DNA of 64,000 nucleotides from Verrucomicrobiota bacterium (lineage in GTDB: Bacteria > Verrucomicrobiota > Verrucomicrobiia > Palsa-1439): contig JBAXYB010000003.1 in assembly GCA_037127585.1 (NCBI GenBank), forward strand, positions 3,248 through 67,247. Reading direction: 5' to 3'. Made by a program: the position numbers and the translations under genes. Positions 10,601-19,826 of the stretch are shown here, piece by piece. How positions within the stretch are numbered: position 1 is the stretch's first letter; the number at the start of each line of letters is the position of its first letter. The notes under the pieces are model-generated. The model was given only the letters and a program-made list of their open reading frames with translations. It was not told the origin of the DNA and made no database searches.

Positions 10601-11623
10601 ATGCCACGCAAACCACAGGCAGGAAAAGGCAAGAGCAAGAGTACGGTAATTGTGTGGGTTGTGCTTGGGGTGTTGCTCTTGGGTGCTGGTGTTCTGGCAA
10701 TCAATGTGACCCAGCGTTTCCGTCGCGTGGTCCAGGAGACCAATCAGGTCCGGTCGGCAGTTCAAGAGGCTGTCAAACGTCAAGAGATGGTGGTCAAATC
10801 CCCCGCGCGTAAAGAATTTTCCTCGGCGTTTCTGCAAATGGCTTTTGGCGACAATCCGCCACTCTTGGAGCAGATTAAGGATGCGCTCAGTCGGGCGATC
10901 GGCGAAAAACCGTCACTAACCCAAGGGGATGTGGCCATGATGTTGGTGACGTACCGGGCGGAGGGCGAGCTTCACGATGTCGCGATTCATGTCTTCGGTA
11001 ACCTAAACCCGGAACGCTTACCGGCATTCAGTACGGAGGGTTACTGGAAGTCTCAGTTGCCGGAGCAGTTCTACAACATGGGGCAGACGATGTTGTCATT
11101 GATGGGGCGCGAAGTATTGATTTTGGCGTCGAAAGATGTCGAGAAACGGCAACGGGAGTTACTGGACGCCAGCACCAATGATCGTTTCACAGTCGTTCAG
11201 GATTATTTCCACGACCCCGTTTCTTTCATCGCCGTCATTCCCGAGCCGGCAAAACTGTTTACCGATCAATACCGGCCGTTTATGGCGGCGGTGCTCGTGA
11301 AAGGCAAAATCTCCATGGACGAAGCCCGGTTTGAGTTTGTGGCGTTAAGTTTCGACCAGCGTAAAGCTCAGGAACTCGCCCAAATGCTTTCCGATGCACG
11401 GACGATGGCAACCAGCATTGCGCGGGTGCGTTTTGGTGGGGCTGCCATTGCGGAGTCGGCGTTTCAATCCCTCGCACGTTCGCATGTGCGCGCCGAAGGG
11501 CCGACCGTGGTCATCAACTCCATGATGCCGGGTAGCGTGTTGGAGAAATCCTTGCCGCAAATTGTACGCGTTCTCTCCAAAGGCACTGGGCGAATCCGTC
11601 GCGGTCCGGGTTATCCGAGCTGA
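10601..11623 (+). CDS. hypothetical membrane-anchored protein
   Basis: Basic N-terminus and a single TM (STVIVWVVLGVLLLGAGVLAINV), then a ~300-aa soluble domain with no motif I recognise. Lies in the ExbB/ExbD cluster. Confidence 0.5.
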   Translation: MPRKPQAGKGKSKSTVIVWVVLGVLLLGAGVLAINVTQRFRRVVQETNQVRSAVQEAVKRQEMVVKSPARKEFSSAFLQMAFGDNPPLLEQIKDALSRAIGEKPSLTQGDVAMMLVTYRAEGELHDVAIHVFGNLNPERLPAFSTEGYWKSQLPEQFYNMGQTMLSLMGREVLILASKDVEKRQRELLDASTNDRFTVVQDYFHDPVSFIAVIPEPAKLFTDQYRPFMAAVLVKGKISMDEARFEFVALSFDQRKAQELAQMLSDARTMATSIARVRFGGAAIAESAFQSLARSHVRAEGPTVVINSMMPGSVLEKSLPQIVRVLSKGTGRIRRGPGYPS

Positions 11624-11626
11624 CGA

Positions 11627-13582
11627 GTGGCATCGCGTGACATGAAACTAGCCCGCTGCATTCTAGCGATTGTCGGGTGTGTTACCCTTGCAGATTTCGT
11701 TGCCGGTGCTGACTTGAATGACCCGGTGGACGTCAAACTCAAGAATGCCTATCAACGAATTCGGTTTGGCCAGCAGTACCCAGAAGAGGCGGTTCAGTTC
11801 ATCCAGTCGCAGTTACAGGATGTCGCTCGTCCGTTGACGGTATTACCCCAATTAGCCAAGGATAAGCGCGTCGAAGTTCGCGCGCTGGTGGCCCTGTTGT
11901 ATGGTGAATATGGCGACGCCGAAGCCAGTAAGATTCTCTGGCTCCTCACGCGCGATGAATTTGAATCAGTTCGCTTAACCGCAGCCGGAGCGATCGCGCG
12001 CTTGGGCCACTTGACAATAGTTACCGGTAATGTCGAGGGACTTCAGGACGAACGGCCGGCCGTCCGCCGGTTGACGGCCAGTATCTTGGCGGCTCTCGGT
12101 GATAAGTCGGCTGAAGAGGCACTCATTGATGCGCTCAAAGATGATAACGAGTTGGTTCGTACCGATATCGTGAAGGCCCTCAGCAAGGCCGCTTGCGGAA
12201 CGGACAAAGCTTTATCGTCCTTAATCGAAGCGTTGCATGATCCCAGCGTCAATGTCCGGGATCGAGCCGCTCAAGTGTTGGGCGGTTTTCAACAGATTGA
12301 CGTAGTCGATCCGCTCGTCAATGCGTTGAAGGACCCGGACTGGCATGTGCGTGCCGCGGCGGCGGATGCCCTCGGTGGCTGGGTCAAGATTCCGGTCGTT
12401 GTAGACGCACTGATCCGAGTCTTGGAGAACGACACTTTTGCCTTGGTCCGCGACCGGGCCGCGGATGCATTATCGCATCTTGGCGATGATGAGCGGGTGG
12501 TTCCCGCCTTGGTCAAAGCCCTCGGTGCCGAGCAACGCGATGTCCGCTTTCACGCCGCCCAAGCTCTAATCTCAGCCAAAGCCTCCAGCGCGTTGCCATT
12601 ACTCACGGCGGAATGGCGACGGACAACTCCCGCACCGGGCGGGCGTGATGCTTTTCCTGATCTTCGTGAGAAAATAATGGATATTTTTGGTCGTCTTGGT
12701 GGCGGTGATCAATTGCCAGTGATTATCGAAGGGACCAACGATTCAGAACCGCAGGTCCAATTGGCGGCCGTGAATGCGCTTCGTCGTCTCAAGGAACGCG
12801 GTGCCGGTAAACAGCTTAACGCCTGTTTAACCGATAAGAATCCCCACGTCCGCGCTGCCGCAGTCCGGGCCATTGGCGACCTCGGCGAGAAGGAAGCATC
12901 CATCAGGATATTGCCGCTGTTACGCGACGAAAGTAGTTATGTGAGGAGTGCGGCGGCCGAAGCGCTTGGCAAGCTCGGTGACCGGACTGCAATCATCCCG
13001 TTAATTCAGGTCCTCACCGGCGAAAAGCTGCCGGATGATCCCAAAGCCGGTTTGGTTATCGGTTCGGGAGATAAGTTTCTCGCTGACCTCGAGCTCACAA
13101 AAGTTCAGACCAGAACCCGGGCCATCGAAGCCCTCGGCGTCTTGCGTGCACCCGAAGCAGTTGAACCGATTATTAAAAACGGCTTAACAGCCGAAGATGC
13201 CGGGGTGCGGGCCGTTTCCGCCTATGCTCTTGGTCAGATCGGCGACGTGCGTGCGGTTGAGCCACTCAAAGATGTCGTCCGTAGTTATTACCTGACCGCG
13301 CCGACTGATCTTGATTACGTTATTAATCCCGGCGGTGGCGAAAAAGTTGCCGACGAAGCGCGGCGCATGAAAGAAAAGGAATCTCGCGTGCGCGCCTCCG
13401 TTACCTGGGCGCTTGGCCAGATCGGTGATGCCGCGGCCAAAGAAACCTTACTCAAGGCAATGAACGATCAGAACAGCTTGGTGCGCGACTCCGCGTTTGA
13501 AGCGCTTGCCAAAATTGCCGAAAAAGAAGAAGCCCAACAAATCGCGACGGACGCCAAAAAGAAATCCGAGAAAACACCCTAG
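11627..13582 (+). CDS. secreted HEAT-repeat (PBS-lyase-like) protein
   Basis: Signal-peptide-like N-terminus (MKLARCILAIVGCVTLADFVAGA). More than 12 tandem ~30-aa repeats of the form VR..A..ALG..GD..A...L...L.D. Confidence 0.75.
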   Translation: MASRDMKLARCILAIVGCVTLADFVAGADLNDPVDVKLKNAYQRIRFGQQYPEEAVQFIQSQLQDVARPLTVLPQLAKDKRVEVRALVALLYGEYGDAEASKILWLLTRDEFESVRLTAAGAIARLGHLTIVTGNVEGLQDERPAVRRLTASILAALGDKSAEEALIDALKDDNELVRTDIVKALSKAACGTDKALSSLIEALHDPSVNVRDRAAQVLGGFQQIDVVDPLVNALKDPDWHVRAAAADALGGWVKIPVVVDALIRVLENDTFALVRDRAADALSHLGDDERVVPALVKALGAEQRDVRFHAAQALISAKASSALPLLTAEWRRTTPAPGGRDAFPDLREKIMDIFGRLGGGDQLPVIIEGTNDSEPQVQLAAVNALRRLKERGAGKQLNACLTDKNPHVRAAAVRAIGDLGEKEASIRILPLLRDESSYVRSAAAEALGKLGDRTAIIPLIQVLTGEKLPDDPKAGLVIGSGDKFLADLELTKVQTRTRAIEALGVLRAPEAVEPIIKNGLTAEDAGVRAVSAYALGQIGDVRAVEPLKDVVRSYYLTAPTDLDYVINPGGGEKVADEARRMKEKESRVRASVTWALGQIGDAAAKETLLKAMNDQNSLVRDSAFEALAKIAEKEEAQQIATDAKKKSEKTP

Positions 13583-13647
13583 CTCGTGCCGGGCGGTTGA
13601 CATCCCAACCGTGTGCACTACATTCCGTCGGGTAGTACAAGGATGAG

Positions 13648-14655
13648 ATGGATTTAGTGAGACTTCACCTGCGAGATTTTATCTGGATTACGCTCGGGAC
13701 TCTGTTCTTACCGGCCTACACTCTGACAGGCTCCGCGGAAGATCCCGGCATACCCTGGCTCAATCACTTAAGCCTTAGCGCCCCGGAGCACGCCGGCTTG
13801 GTGGACAATGTGCTGCCACTTCTGCGCGGCGCACCGGCGGCCGTTGACCCAGATTTGGCCGTGGTCACCTTCCGAACTGGAGCCGCCGGTATCAAAGACG
13901 CCGTAATCCAACTCTACCAAGCGCCCACTTCCGGTGGCGCTCCAGTCCTCAACCCCCAAGGCGTCGTCCGCGACCGCGTCGGTGAATCGATGGCCGACTC
14001 GGCTGACAAACTACTTGGGCTCGTGCTCCAACAACCCGCTTGCTTCGGTGCCGCCACCGAGGTCCGGCGGCAACGCCGCGCTCTCAACTTGACCTTCAAC
14101 GGCGACCTCACTCTCTTGCGCGAACAAACCGTCGAACCACTCTACGTCGTCGGCGTCCTCGTTCATGCCGAACGGTACCTGCCGCGGAGTCTCAGTGCGC
14201 GCGTTCGAGCCGTTGTTCTCACTGCGCAACTCGACTTCGGTGAATGGCGCGGCCGGCTCAACTTCGTGACCGACAACCCAGCCGACGCTGAACAGGTCGG
14301 CAACATCGTGGCCGCGTGGCGTGATCTGGCCGGCTCGCTGGCGGCACACTTTGCCGGTCACTCCTCCGGCGACCGACTGCGTGCCGCGCTCCAAGCTTCC
14401 ACCGTTGTCGTCAACGAGAACCAAGTAACTGCCACCAGCGCGATCCCTGCGCCCGTCGTCGTTCGTGTCGCGAAAGAAGCCGCCGGTCACGGTAGCGGTT
14501 GCCCACCGGGCGGCGTTTGTGACCGGAACAAAATTGCCATTTGCCACAAATCCAGCACCACACTTTGTCTCCCACCAGCTGCGGTATCCGCTCACTTGGC
14601 GCATGGTGACACGTGTGGCCCCTGCGGTGTCCACGCCGCTACCGCTACCCCGTGA
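13648..14655 (+). CDS. hypothetical secreted protein with Cys-rich C-terminus
   Basis: N-terminal hydrophobic leader. C-terminal CPPGGVCDRNKIAICHKSSTTLCLPPAAVSAHLAHGDTCGPCG. Stop overlaps the start of the next HEAT gene (GTGATG). Confidence 0.45.
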   Translation: MDLVRLHLRDFIWITLGTLFLPAYTLTGSAEDPGIPWLNHLSLSAPEHAGLVDNVLPLLRGAPAAVDPDLAVVTFRTGAAGIKDAVIQLYQAPTSGGAPVLNPQGVVRDRVGESMADSADKLLGLVLQQPACFGAATEVRRQRRALNLTFNGDLTLLREQTVEPLYVVGVLVHAERYLPRSLSARVRAVVLTAQLDFGEWRGRLNFVTDNPADAEQVGNIVAAWRDLAGSLAAHFAGHSSGDRLRAALQASTVVVNENQVTATSAIPAPVVVRVAKEAAGHGSGCPPGGVCDRNKIAICHKSSTTLCLPPAAVSAHLAHGDTCGPCGVHAATATP

Positions 14656-15650
14656 TGCGGCTGACCATCATCGTCTGCTTCGCTCTCACCGGCCTACTAC
14701 TTGCCCAAGAACCCGAATCCCGACTCGACCGGCTCACTCGCTGGTTGCGTTCGCCACGAGCCAGCATCCGCGAAGAGGCTGTTACCGAGCTCGACACCGT
14801 TCCCATCAATAGCGCCTTGCCGTTGCTCCTCTCCGCGCTCAGCGATTCGAGCACCGTTGTCCGGGCCGCCGCCGCCAGTTCACTCGCGCGCACCGCCGAT
14901 AAACGTGCCGTACCGGCGTTGCGACCTTTGCTGAAAGATGACGACGAACATGTCCGGGCCGCCGCCGTCTGGGCACTCTGCCACACTGCCGGCAAAGCCA
15001 TCCTGCCGGACGTGCTTTCAATGTGCCTCGACGACGCCTCCGGTATCGTCCGCTTCCGAGCGGTTTGGGGTTTGGCCTTCATTGGCGATAAGTCCGCCTT
15101 ACCGGTCGCCGTCGCCGCACTCGGCGACTACAACACCGCCGTGCGCGAACGCTCCGCACTCCTCGCGCTCGACGTGCTGGCCGACGGGACGATTGGTGAT
15201 CGACTGGTCAAACAGGCGAAAAATATATTTCCACCAACGCGGCGAATTGTCATGTACCTCTTCACCCGGTATGGTGACGCAAAACAAGCCGGGCTGGCAC
15301 TCCAGGCCGGCCTGAAGGATGGCGAACCGCTCGTGCGCGCCGAAGCCGCACTCGCACTCGGCCGGCGCCACGCGAAGAACGTCGTGCCATTCTTGTTGCC
15401 GGCGCTCCAGGACGACGACGATCACGTGCGCGGTGCGGCGGCTCATGCACTCGGTTTGTTGGGAGAGCCTTCTAGCCGGGAAGCCTTACGTCCGTTGCTG
15501 CAAGACGAGGCCGCGTTCGTACGAGCCGTGGCGGCGGAATCCCTGCAACAATTGGGCGATCAAACCATCAAACCACCGGCCGGTTTCCGCGCGGCGGACC
15601 TGTTCACCTATCCAATTTACAGCCCCGAGAATGCGCAACGTTACCGCTGA
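14655..15650 (+). CDS. secreted HEAT-repeat protein
   Basis: Signal peptide MRLTIIVCFALTGLLLAQ followed by HEAT/PBS-lyase repeats (VRAAAASSLARTADKRAVPALRPLLKDDDEHVRAAAVWAL...). Confidence 0.75.
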   Translation: MRLTIIVCFALTGLLLAQEPESRLDRLTRWLRSPRASIREEAVTELDTVPINSALPLLLSALSDSSTVVRAAAASSLARTADKRAVPALRPLLKDDDEHVRAAAVWALCHTAGKAILPDVLSMCLDDASGIVRFRAVWGLAFIGDKSALPVAVAALGDYNTAVRERSALLALDVLADGTIGDRLVKQAKNIFPPTRRIVMYLFTRYGDAKQAGLALQAGLKDGEPLVRAEAALALGRRHAKNVVPFLLPALQDDDDHVRGAAAHALGLLGEPSSREALRPLLQDEAAFVRAVAAESLQQLGDQTIKPPAGFRAADLFTYPIYSPENAQRYR

Positions 15651-16420
15651 GGACCGGGGCAATGACCGTTCGGTGACTTCTTCACGAACTCGATAAACTC
15701 CAGCGCTTCCGCTGTCTTGAACGCGCCGTCCGTCTCCGCCAATGCCTGCGAGCCAGTCTTGCCGGCGAGATAGAATAGTTGAAATAGCCGTTTCAACTCC
15801 GACACCGCCTCGCGGGGAACTTTCGTCCGCCGCAATCCGACAAGATTCAAAGCGTGAATCTCATTCCGTTCCGCCGCGAGTGTGAACGGCGGCACGTCCA
15901 TCGACACGCGCGCATTCCCGGAGAACATCGCCAACCGGCCGATGTGCGTGAATTGATGGATGACCACCCCGCCCGAGATGAATGCCCGGTCGCCCACGTG
16001 GACGTGACCGGCCAACAGCGCGCAGTTGCAGATGATGACATTGTTGCCGATGACGCAATTGTGTCCGACGTGCGCCGTTGCCATGAGGTAACAATCGTTC
16101 CCGATCACCGTCGCGCTTTCCGGCTCCGTGCCGCGATGGACGTTGCAGTATTCCCGGAACACATTCCGGTCGCCAACGCGCAAGAAGCTTCGGATCGACC
16201 GATCAAACTTCAAATCCTGCGGCTCATGGCCGATGACCGCGCCCATGTGAATCTGGTTGTCGCGGCCAATCTCCGTGTGCCCGGTCAGATAAGCGTTGGC
16301 CCAGATCCGCGTCCCGGCTCCGACTTTTACGTGCTCCTCAATAATCGCGTGTGGCCCGACCTCCACCGAGGAATCGAGTTCGGCCTTCGGGCTGATGATA
16401 GCTGTTGGATGAATCGCCAT
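15641..16420 (-). CDS. lpxA: acyl-ACP--UDP-N-acetylglucosamine O-acyltransferase LpxA
   Basis: MAIHPTAIISPKAELDSSVEVGPHAIIEEHVKVGAGTRIWANAYLTGHTEIGRDNQIHMGAVIGHEPQDLKF hexapeptide LbH fold, diagnostic of LpxA. Start at the internal ATG 16420. Confidence 0.85.
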   Translation of the reverse strand: MAIHPTAIISPKAELDSSVEVGPHAIIEEHVKVGAGTRIWANAYLTGHTEIGRDNQIHMGAVIGHEPQDLKFDRSIRSFLRVGDRNVFREYCNVHRGTEPESATVIGNDCYLMATAHVGHNCVIGNNVIICNCALLAGHVHVGDRAFISGGVVIHQFTHIGRLAMFSGNARVSMDVPPFTLAAERNEIHALNLVGLRRTKVPREAVSELKRLFQLFYLAGKTGSQALAETDGAFKTAEALEFIEFVKKSPNGHCPGPQR

Positions 16421-16829
16421 GTCGAGTTGGGAGTATAGGTTATCCCGTGCCGGGTGGGAAGTCCCGGTGCCGGTCAAACCACCAGACCCACAGAAAAAGC
16501 GGCAAGCAAAACACGCCGGTAATGGTCACGGTATTTCCACTCGGCGGCGGCGGCCTGAAGATATTTCCGAGATAGTTCAACGAAAGCAATCCTACGAACG
16601 ACCAATATCCGATCGAGCCAATCTTGTCTTGTGCTTTTGAAGCGCGCGCGCAGAACCATACACTGCCCGGCCGGTATTTCGTCACCGCGTAATACATGGC
16701 CGCCAGCAACGTTGCCCAACCGGCATCGGCCACACCACATCCGGCCAAAGTGCCCGCCCGATTAACATACAGGTAACATTGCCAATTCCATCCTTAATGT
16801 AGGAACGACATTCTTGTCGCGACCGGAAA

Positions 16830-18305
16830 CTAATACTGCGGCACGTCCGTGTCGATCCGCTCAGCCCAGGCGTTGATGCCGCCGGCGACGTTCTTGACTT
16901 TCGTGTAGCCTTGGGTCTTGAGGAAGCTGACGGCGCGGGCGCTGCGACCGCCCATTTTGCAGTGGACGACGAGCTGTTTGTCCTTCGGCAGTTCCCGGAA
17001 ACGCTGCGGCAACTCCGGCAGGGGAAGTTTGACGGAGCCGTCGATGACGCTGATCTCGAATTCGTCGGGGTTGCGAACGTCGACGAGAACAAAATCTTCT
17101 TTGGCGTCGCGCATCTTCTTGAGGGTCTCGACACTGATGTCGTCGGGACCGAGGCCTTCTTCCTTTTTCTCGACGATGCTGTCGCCGGAGGTGCCGCCGT
17201 CTTCGCCGCGACCGATGCCGCAGAATTCGTTGTAGTCGATCAACGCGGTGATCGTCGGATTCTTTCCGCAGAGGGGGCAGTTGTGGTCTTTCGGGATTTT
17301 GTATTCCCGGAAAGTCATATCCATCGCGTCGAAGCGGAGCAACCGACCCATGAGCGGTTTGCCTTTGCCGATGATGAGTTTGATGGCTTCGTTGGCTTGG
17401 ATGTTGCCGATGATTCCGCAGATGACGCCGAGCACACCGCCTTCGGCGCAACTCGGGACGAGTCCGGGCGGCGGCGGTTCGGGGTACCAGCACCGGTAAC
17501 ATGGCCCGCCGAGGTGTGGCGCGAACACGCTGGCCATGCCTTCAAAGCGGAAGATCGAGCCGTAGACGTTCGGCTTCTTGAGCATCACGCAGGCGTCGTT
17601 GACGAGGTACCGGGTCGGGAAATTGTCGGTGCCGTCGACGACGAGATCGTAGTCCTTGATGAGGTCGAGCGCGTTCTCAGAGGTGATCTTGGTTTCGTGG
17701 GGGATGAAGTTCAGGTTCGGGTTGATCGCCTTCATCTTCTCGCCGGCGCTCTGGACTTTCGGTTTGCCGACGTCGCCGGTGAAATGGATGATCTGGCGCT
17801 GGAGATTGCTGAAATCCACGGTGTCGAATTCCACCATGCCGATGGTGCCGACGCCGGCCGCGGTGAGATAGAGGGCGAGGGGCGAACCGAGTCCGCCGCT
17901 GCCGATGAGCAATACCTTCGCGGCTTTGATGCGTTCCTGACCTTCGACGCCGACTTCCGGCAAGATGAGATGCCGGGAGTAACGCTTGATTTCTTCATTG
18001 GTCAGTTTCGCGCGGGTCTTGATGACCGGGTCGATGCCGCCGGCAATGGACGGGACAATCGCGATTTCATCGCCTTCCTTGACAGGAGTGTGGTCGCCCT
18101 GCAAGCGGATGTCCTCGTCGTTGACGTAGACGCGGACGAAGTTCCGCAGTTTGCCATCGCCGGTATAGAGGTGTTGCCGGAGTTGGGCATGCTGGGTGGT
18201 TAAATTGTTGAGAACTTCGCTGATGGTCGTGCCGGCGACTTCGACATTCGCTTGGTTGTCGGCGAAGCGGCGGAGCGCGGTCGGAATGGTAACGATGATT
18301 GGCAT
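16830..18305 (-). CDS. moeZ: fused sulfur-carrier protein (CysO/MoaD-like, ends in GG) + MoeZ/MoeB-type E1 adenylyltransferase + C-terminal rhodanese
   Basis: N-terminal ~90 aa MoaD/ThiS fold ending in ...EGDEIAIVPSIAGG. ThiF/MoeB nucleotide-binding motif VLLIGSGGLGSPLALYL and CxxC pairs. C-terminal rhodanese with active-site loop VVHCKMGGRSARA. Continuous ORF, no stop between domains. Confidence 0.8.
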   Translation of the reverse strand: MPIIVTIPTALRRFADNQANVEVAGTTISEVLNNLTTQHAQLRQHLYTGDGKLRNFVRVYVNDEDIRLQGDHTPVKEGDEIAIVPSIAGGIDPVIKTRAKLTNEEIKRYSRHLILPEVGVEGQERIKAAKVLLIGSGGLGSPLALYLTAAGVGTIGMVEFDTVDFSNLQRQIIHFTGDVGKPKVQSAGEKMKAINPNLNFIPHETKITSENALDLIKDYDLVVDGTDNFPTRYLVNDACVMLKKPNVYGSIFRFEGMASVFAPHLGGPCYRCWYPEPPPPGLVPSCAEGGVLGVICGIIGNIQANEAIKLIIGKGKPLMGRLLRFDAMDMTFREYKIPKDHNCPLCGKNPTITALIDYNEFCGIGRGEDGGTSGDSIVEKKEEGLGPDDISVETLKKMRDAKEDFVLVDVRNPDEFEISVIDGSVKLPLPELPQRFRELPKDKQLVVHCKMGGRSARAVSFLKTQGYTKVKNVAGGINAWAERIDTDVPQY

Positions 18306-18312
18306 GGTGTCT

Positions 18313-18717
18313 CTATAGCACTTCAATTGGCTCTTGGTCAAATTGGCTGCGGTCATCCCGTAGCAGCCACGAGTTTGTTTCGACAGCTTTCCCTTTGCAT
18401 ACCGAGACGATCAGGTAGGCGAGATTTGGAAACGCGTTATCGAGGTCGAACTGCGATGGTCGCGCCGGCACGTCGGGATGCGAGTGGTAGATGCCGAGGA
18501 CTTGGATGGCCCGTTTGTCCGCGGCGCGTTCGATATCTCGGTAGGCGAGGGGATCGATGAGGTACCGGTTGTGGGCGCTGTCGTCGCGCTGGTTGTCGGC
18601 CCGGGCAATTTCGCTCACGACGTTGCCGTGACCGAGGAGGACGCCGCATGCTTCGTTTGGGTAACCGGCTTCGAGGTGTTGGTGGATTTGTGTCAGCAGT
18701 GCCTGTTTGATCTTCAT
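18313..18717 (-). CDS. mec: Mov34/MPN/JAMM metalloprotease (Mec+ / CysO-cysteine peptidase-like)
   Basis: JAMM motif EACGVLLG ... HSHPDVPARPSQFD. 134 aa. Confidence 0.8.
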   Translation of the reverse strand: MKIKQALLTQIHQHLEAGYPNEACGVLLGHGNVVSEIARADNQRDDSAHNRYLIDPLAYRDIERAADKRAIQVLGIYHSHPDVPARPSQFDLDNAFPNLAYLIVSVCKGKAVETNSWLLRDDRSQFDQEPIEVL

Positions 18718-19646
18718 CGCGCTTCCCAGAATTTGTCGCTTTGATACCGCGCCCCGCCGTCCGGCGCAACCGCGACGATGACGCCTTGTTGAATCCGCCC
18801 GGCCAACGTCACCGCCGCGCAGACAGCGGCTCCCGCACTGATGCCGACGAACAAGCCTTCCGCGCTCGTCAGTTGTCGGGCCATCGCTTGGGCGTCTTCA
18901 GTGCTGACGCCGATGGTTTCGTCGGCGAATTTCGAGCTGAATATTTCCGGCACGTGCGAGGCCGTCTCCATATGTTTGAGACCTTCGAGACCGTGGAACG
19001 GTCCTTCGGGTTGCATCGCGATGATGCGGATGGCCGGATTGTGTTCGCGGAGCCGGCGGCCAGTGCCCATCAACGTTCCGCTCGTGCCAAGGCCGGCAAT
19101 GAAATGCGTTACTTCGCCGGCGGTTTGCGTGATGATTTCTGCGCCGGTCGTCTCGTAATGGGCTTGGGGGTTCTCGAGGTTTCCGTACTGGTTTGGGTAG
19201 AAGTACTGGCCGGTACTGGTTTCGAGGAGCTTCTGCGTTTCATAATACGCGCCGTCGCTGCCTTGCGCTGGATCGGTGAGAACTAATTCGGCTCCGTATG
19301 AAGCGAGCAACTTTTTCCGTTCGATGCTCGCGTTTGCCGGCATGAGCAGTTTGCACCGATAACCTTTGCGGGCGGCAATCATCGCGTACGCGATGCCGGT
19401 GTTGCCGCTGGTAGCGTCGACAATGGTTTTGTCTTTTGTCAGCGCACCGGAGATTTCGCCTTGGCGAATCATCCGGTACGCGGGCCGGTCTTTCACGGAG
19501 CCGCCCGGGTTGAACCATTCGGCTTTCAGGAAAACGCGGACATGCGGAAAAGTCGCGATGCGGAGCAGGGGAATGAGCGGCGTGTTGCCGATCTGGCGTA
19601 GTAACGCGTCGGAATCATCAGCCGGCAATGGAGAGGCGCTATTCAA
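18714..19646 (-). CDS. cysM: cysteine synthase (CysM/CysK family, PLP-dependent)
   Basis: PLP-lysine motif KAEWFNPGGSVKDRPAYRMI, plus SGNTGIAYAMIAA. The ORF-track N-terminal extension is rejected because it runs through the tRNA. Probable TTG start at 19646. Confidence 0.75.
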   Translation of the reverse strand: MNSASPLPADDSDALLRQIGNTPLIPLLRIATFPHVRVFLKAEWFNPGGSVKDRPAYRMIRQGEISGALTKDKTIVDATSGNTGIAYAMIAARKGYRCKLLMPANASIERKKLLASYGAELVLTDPAQGSDGAYYETQKLLETSTGQYFYPNQYGNLENPQAHYETTGAEIITQTAGEVTHFIAGLGTSGTLMGTGRRLREHNPAIRIIAMQPEGPFHGLEGLKHMETASHVPEIFSSKFADETIGVSTEDAQAMARQLTSAEGLFVGISAGAAVCAAVTLAGRIQQGVIVAVAPDGGARYQSDKFWEAR

Positions 19647-19668
19647 AAGAGTTGTCTTGGGCTTGGAT

Positions 19669-19744
19669 TGGTGGAGATGAGGGGATTCGAACCCCTGGCC
19701 TCCTCGTTGCGAACGAGGCGCTCTACCAACTGAGCTACATCCCC
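19669..19744 (-). tRNA. tRNA-Ala (anticodon CGC), CCA encoded
   Basis: Cloverleaf by eye: 7-bp acceptor stem with G3:U70 (Ala identity), D-arm GCTCAGTTGGTAGAGC, anticodon stem CCTCG/CGAGG with loop TTCGCAA, T-arm GGTTCGAATCC, 3' CCA. Confidence 0.85.
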
Positions 19745-19826
19745 GACCCAAGCGCAGAATCTGCGACGCGCGGAATTTACTGTTTGAGTTGATTGCCGTC
19801 AACGTTTCACTTATGGTCACACCACT

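Noticed and set aside
16440-16748. 102-aa ORF in the 409-bp lpxA-moeZ intergenic region
   Set aside because: No RBS. Proline/Trp-rich odd composition. A competing 88-aa ORF in another frame. Possibly a real small membrane protein but unsupported, so left uncalled.
16911-18203. 430-aa plus-strand ORF antisense to the CysO-MoeZ gene; similarly 22486-24135 (549 aa) antisense to leuA, 20202-21008 antisense to the RG-rich protein gene, 25721-26575 and 27546-28244 antisense to the ABC genes
   Set aside because: All are mirror frames of well-supported genes and have no recognisable motifs or signal or TM organisation. They are GC3-driven open frames.
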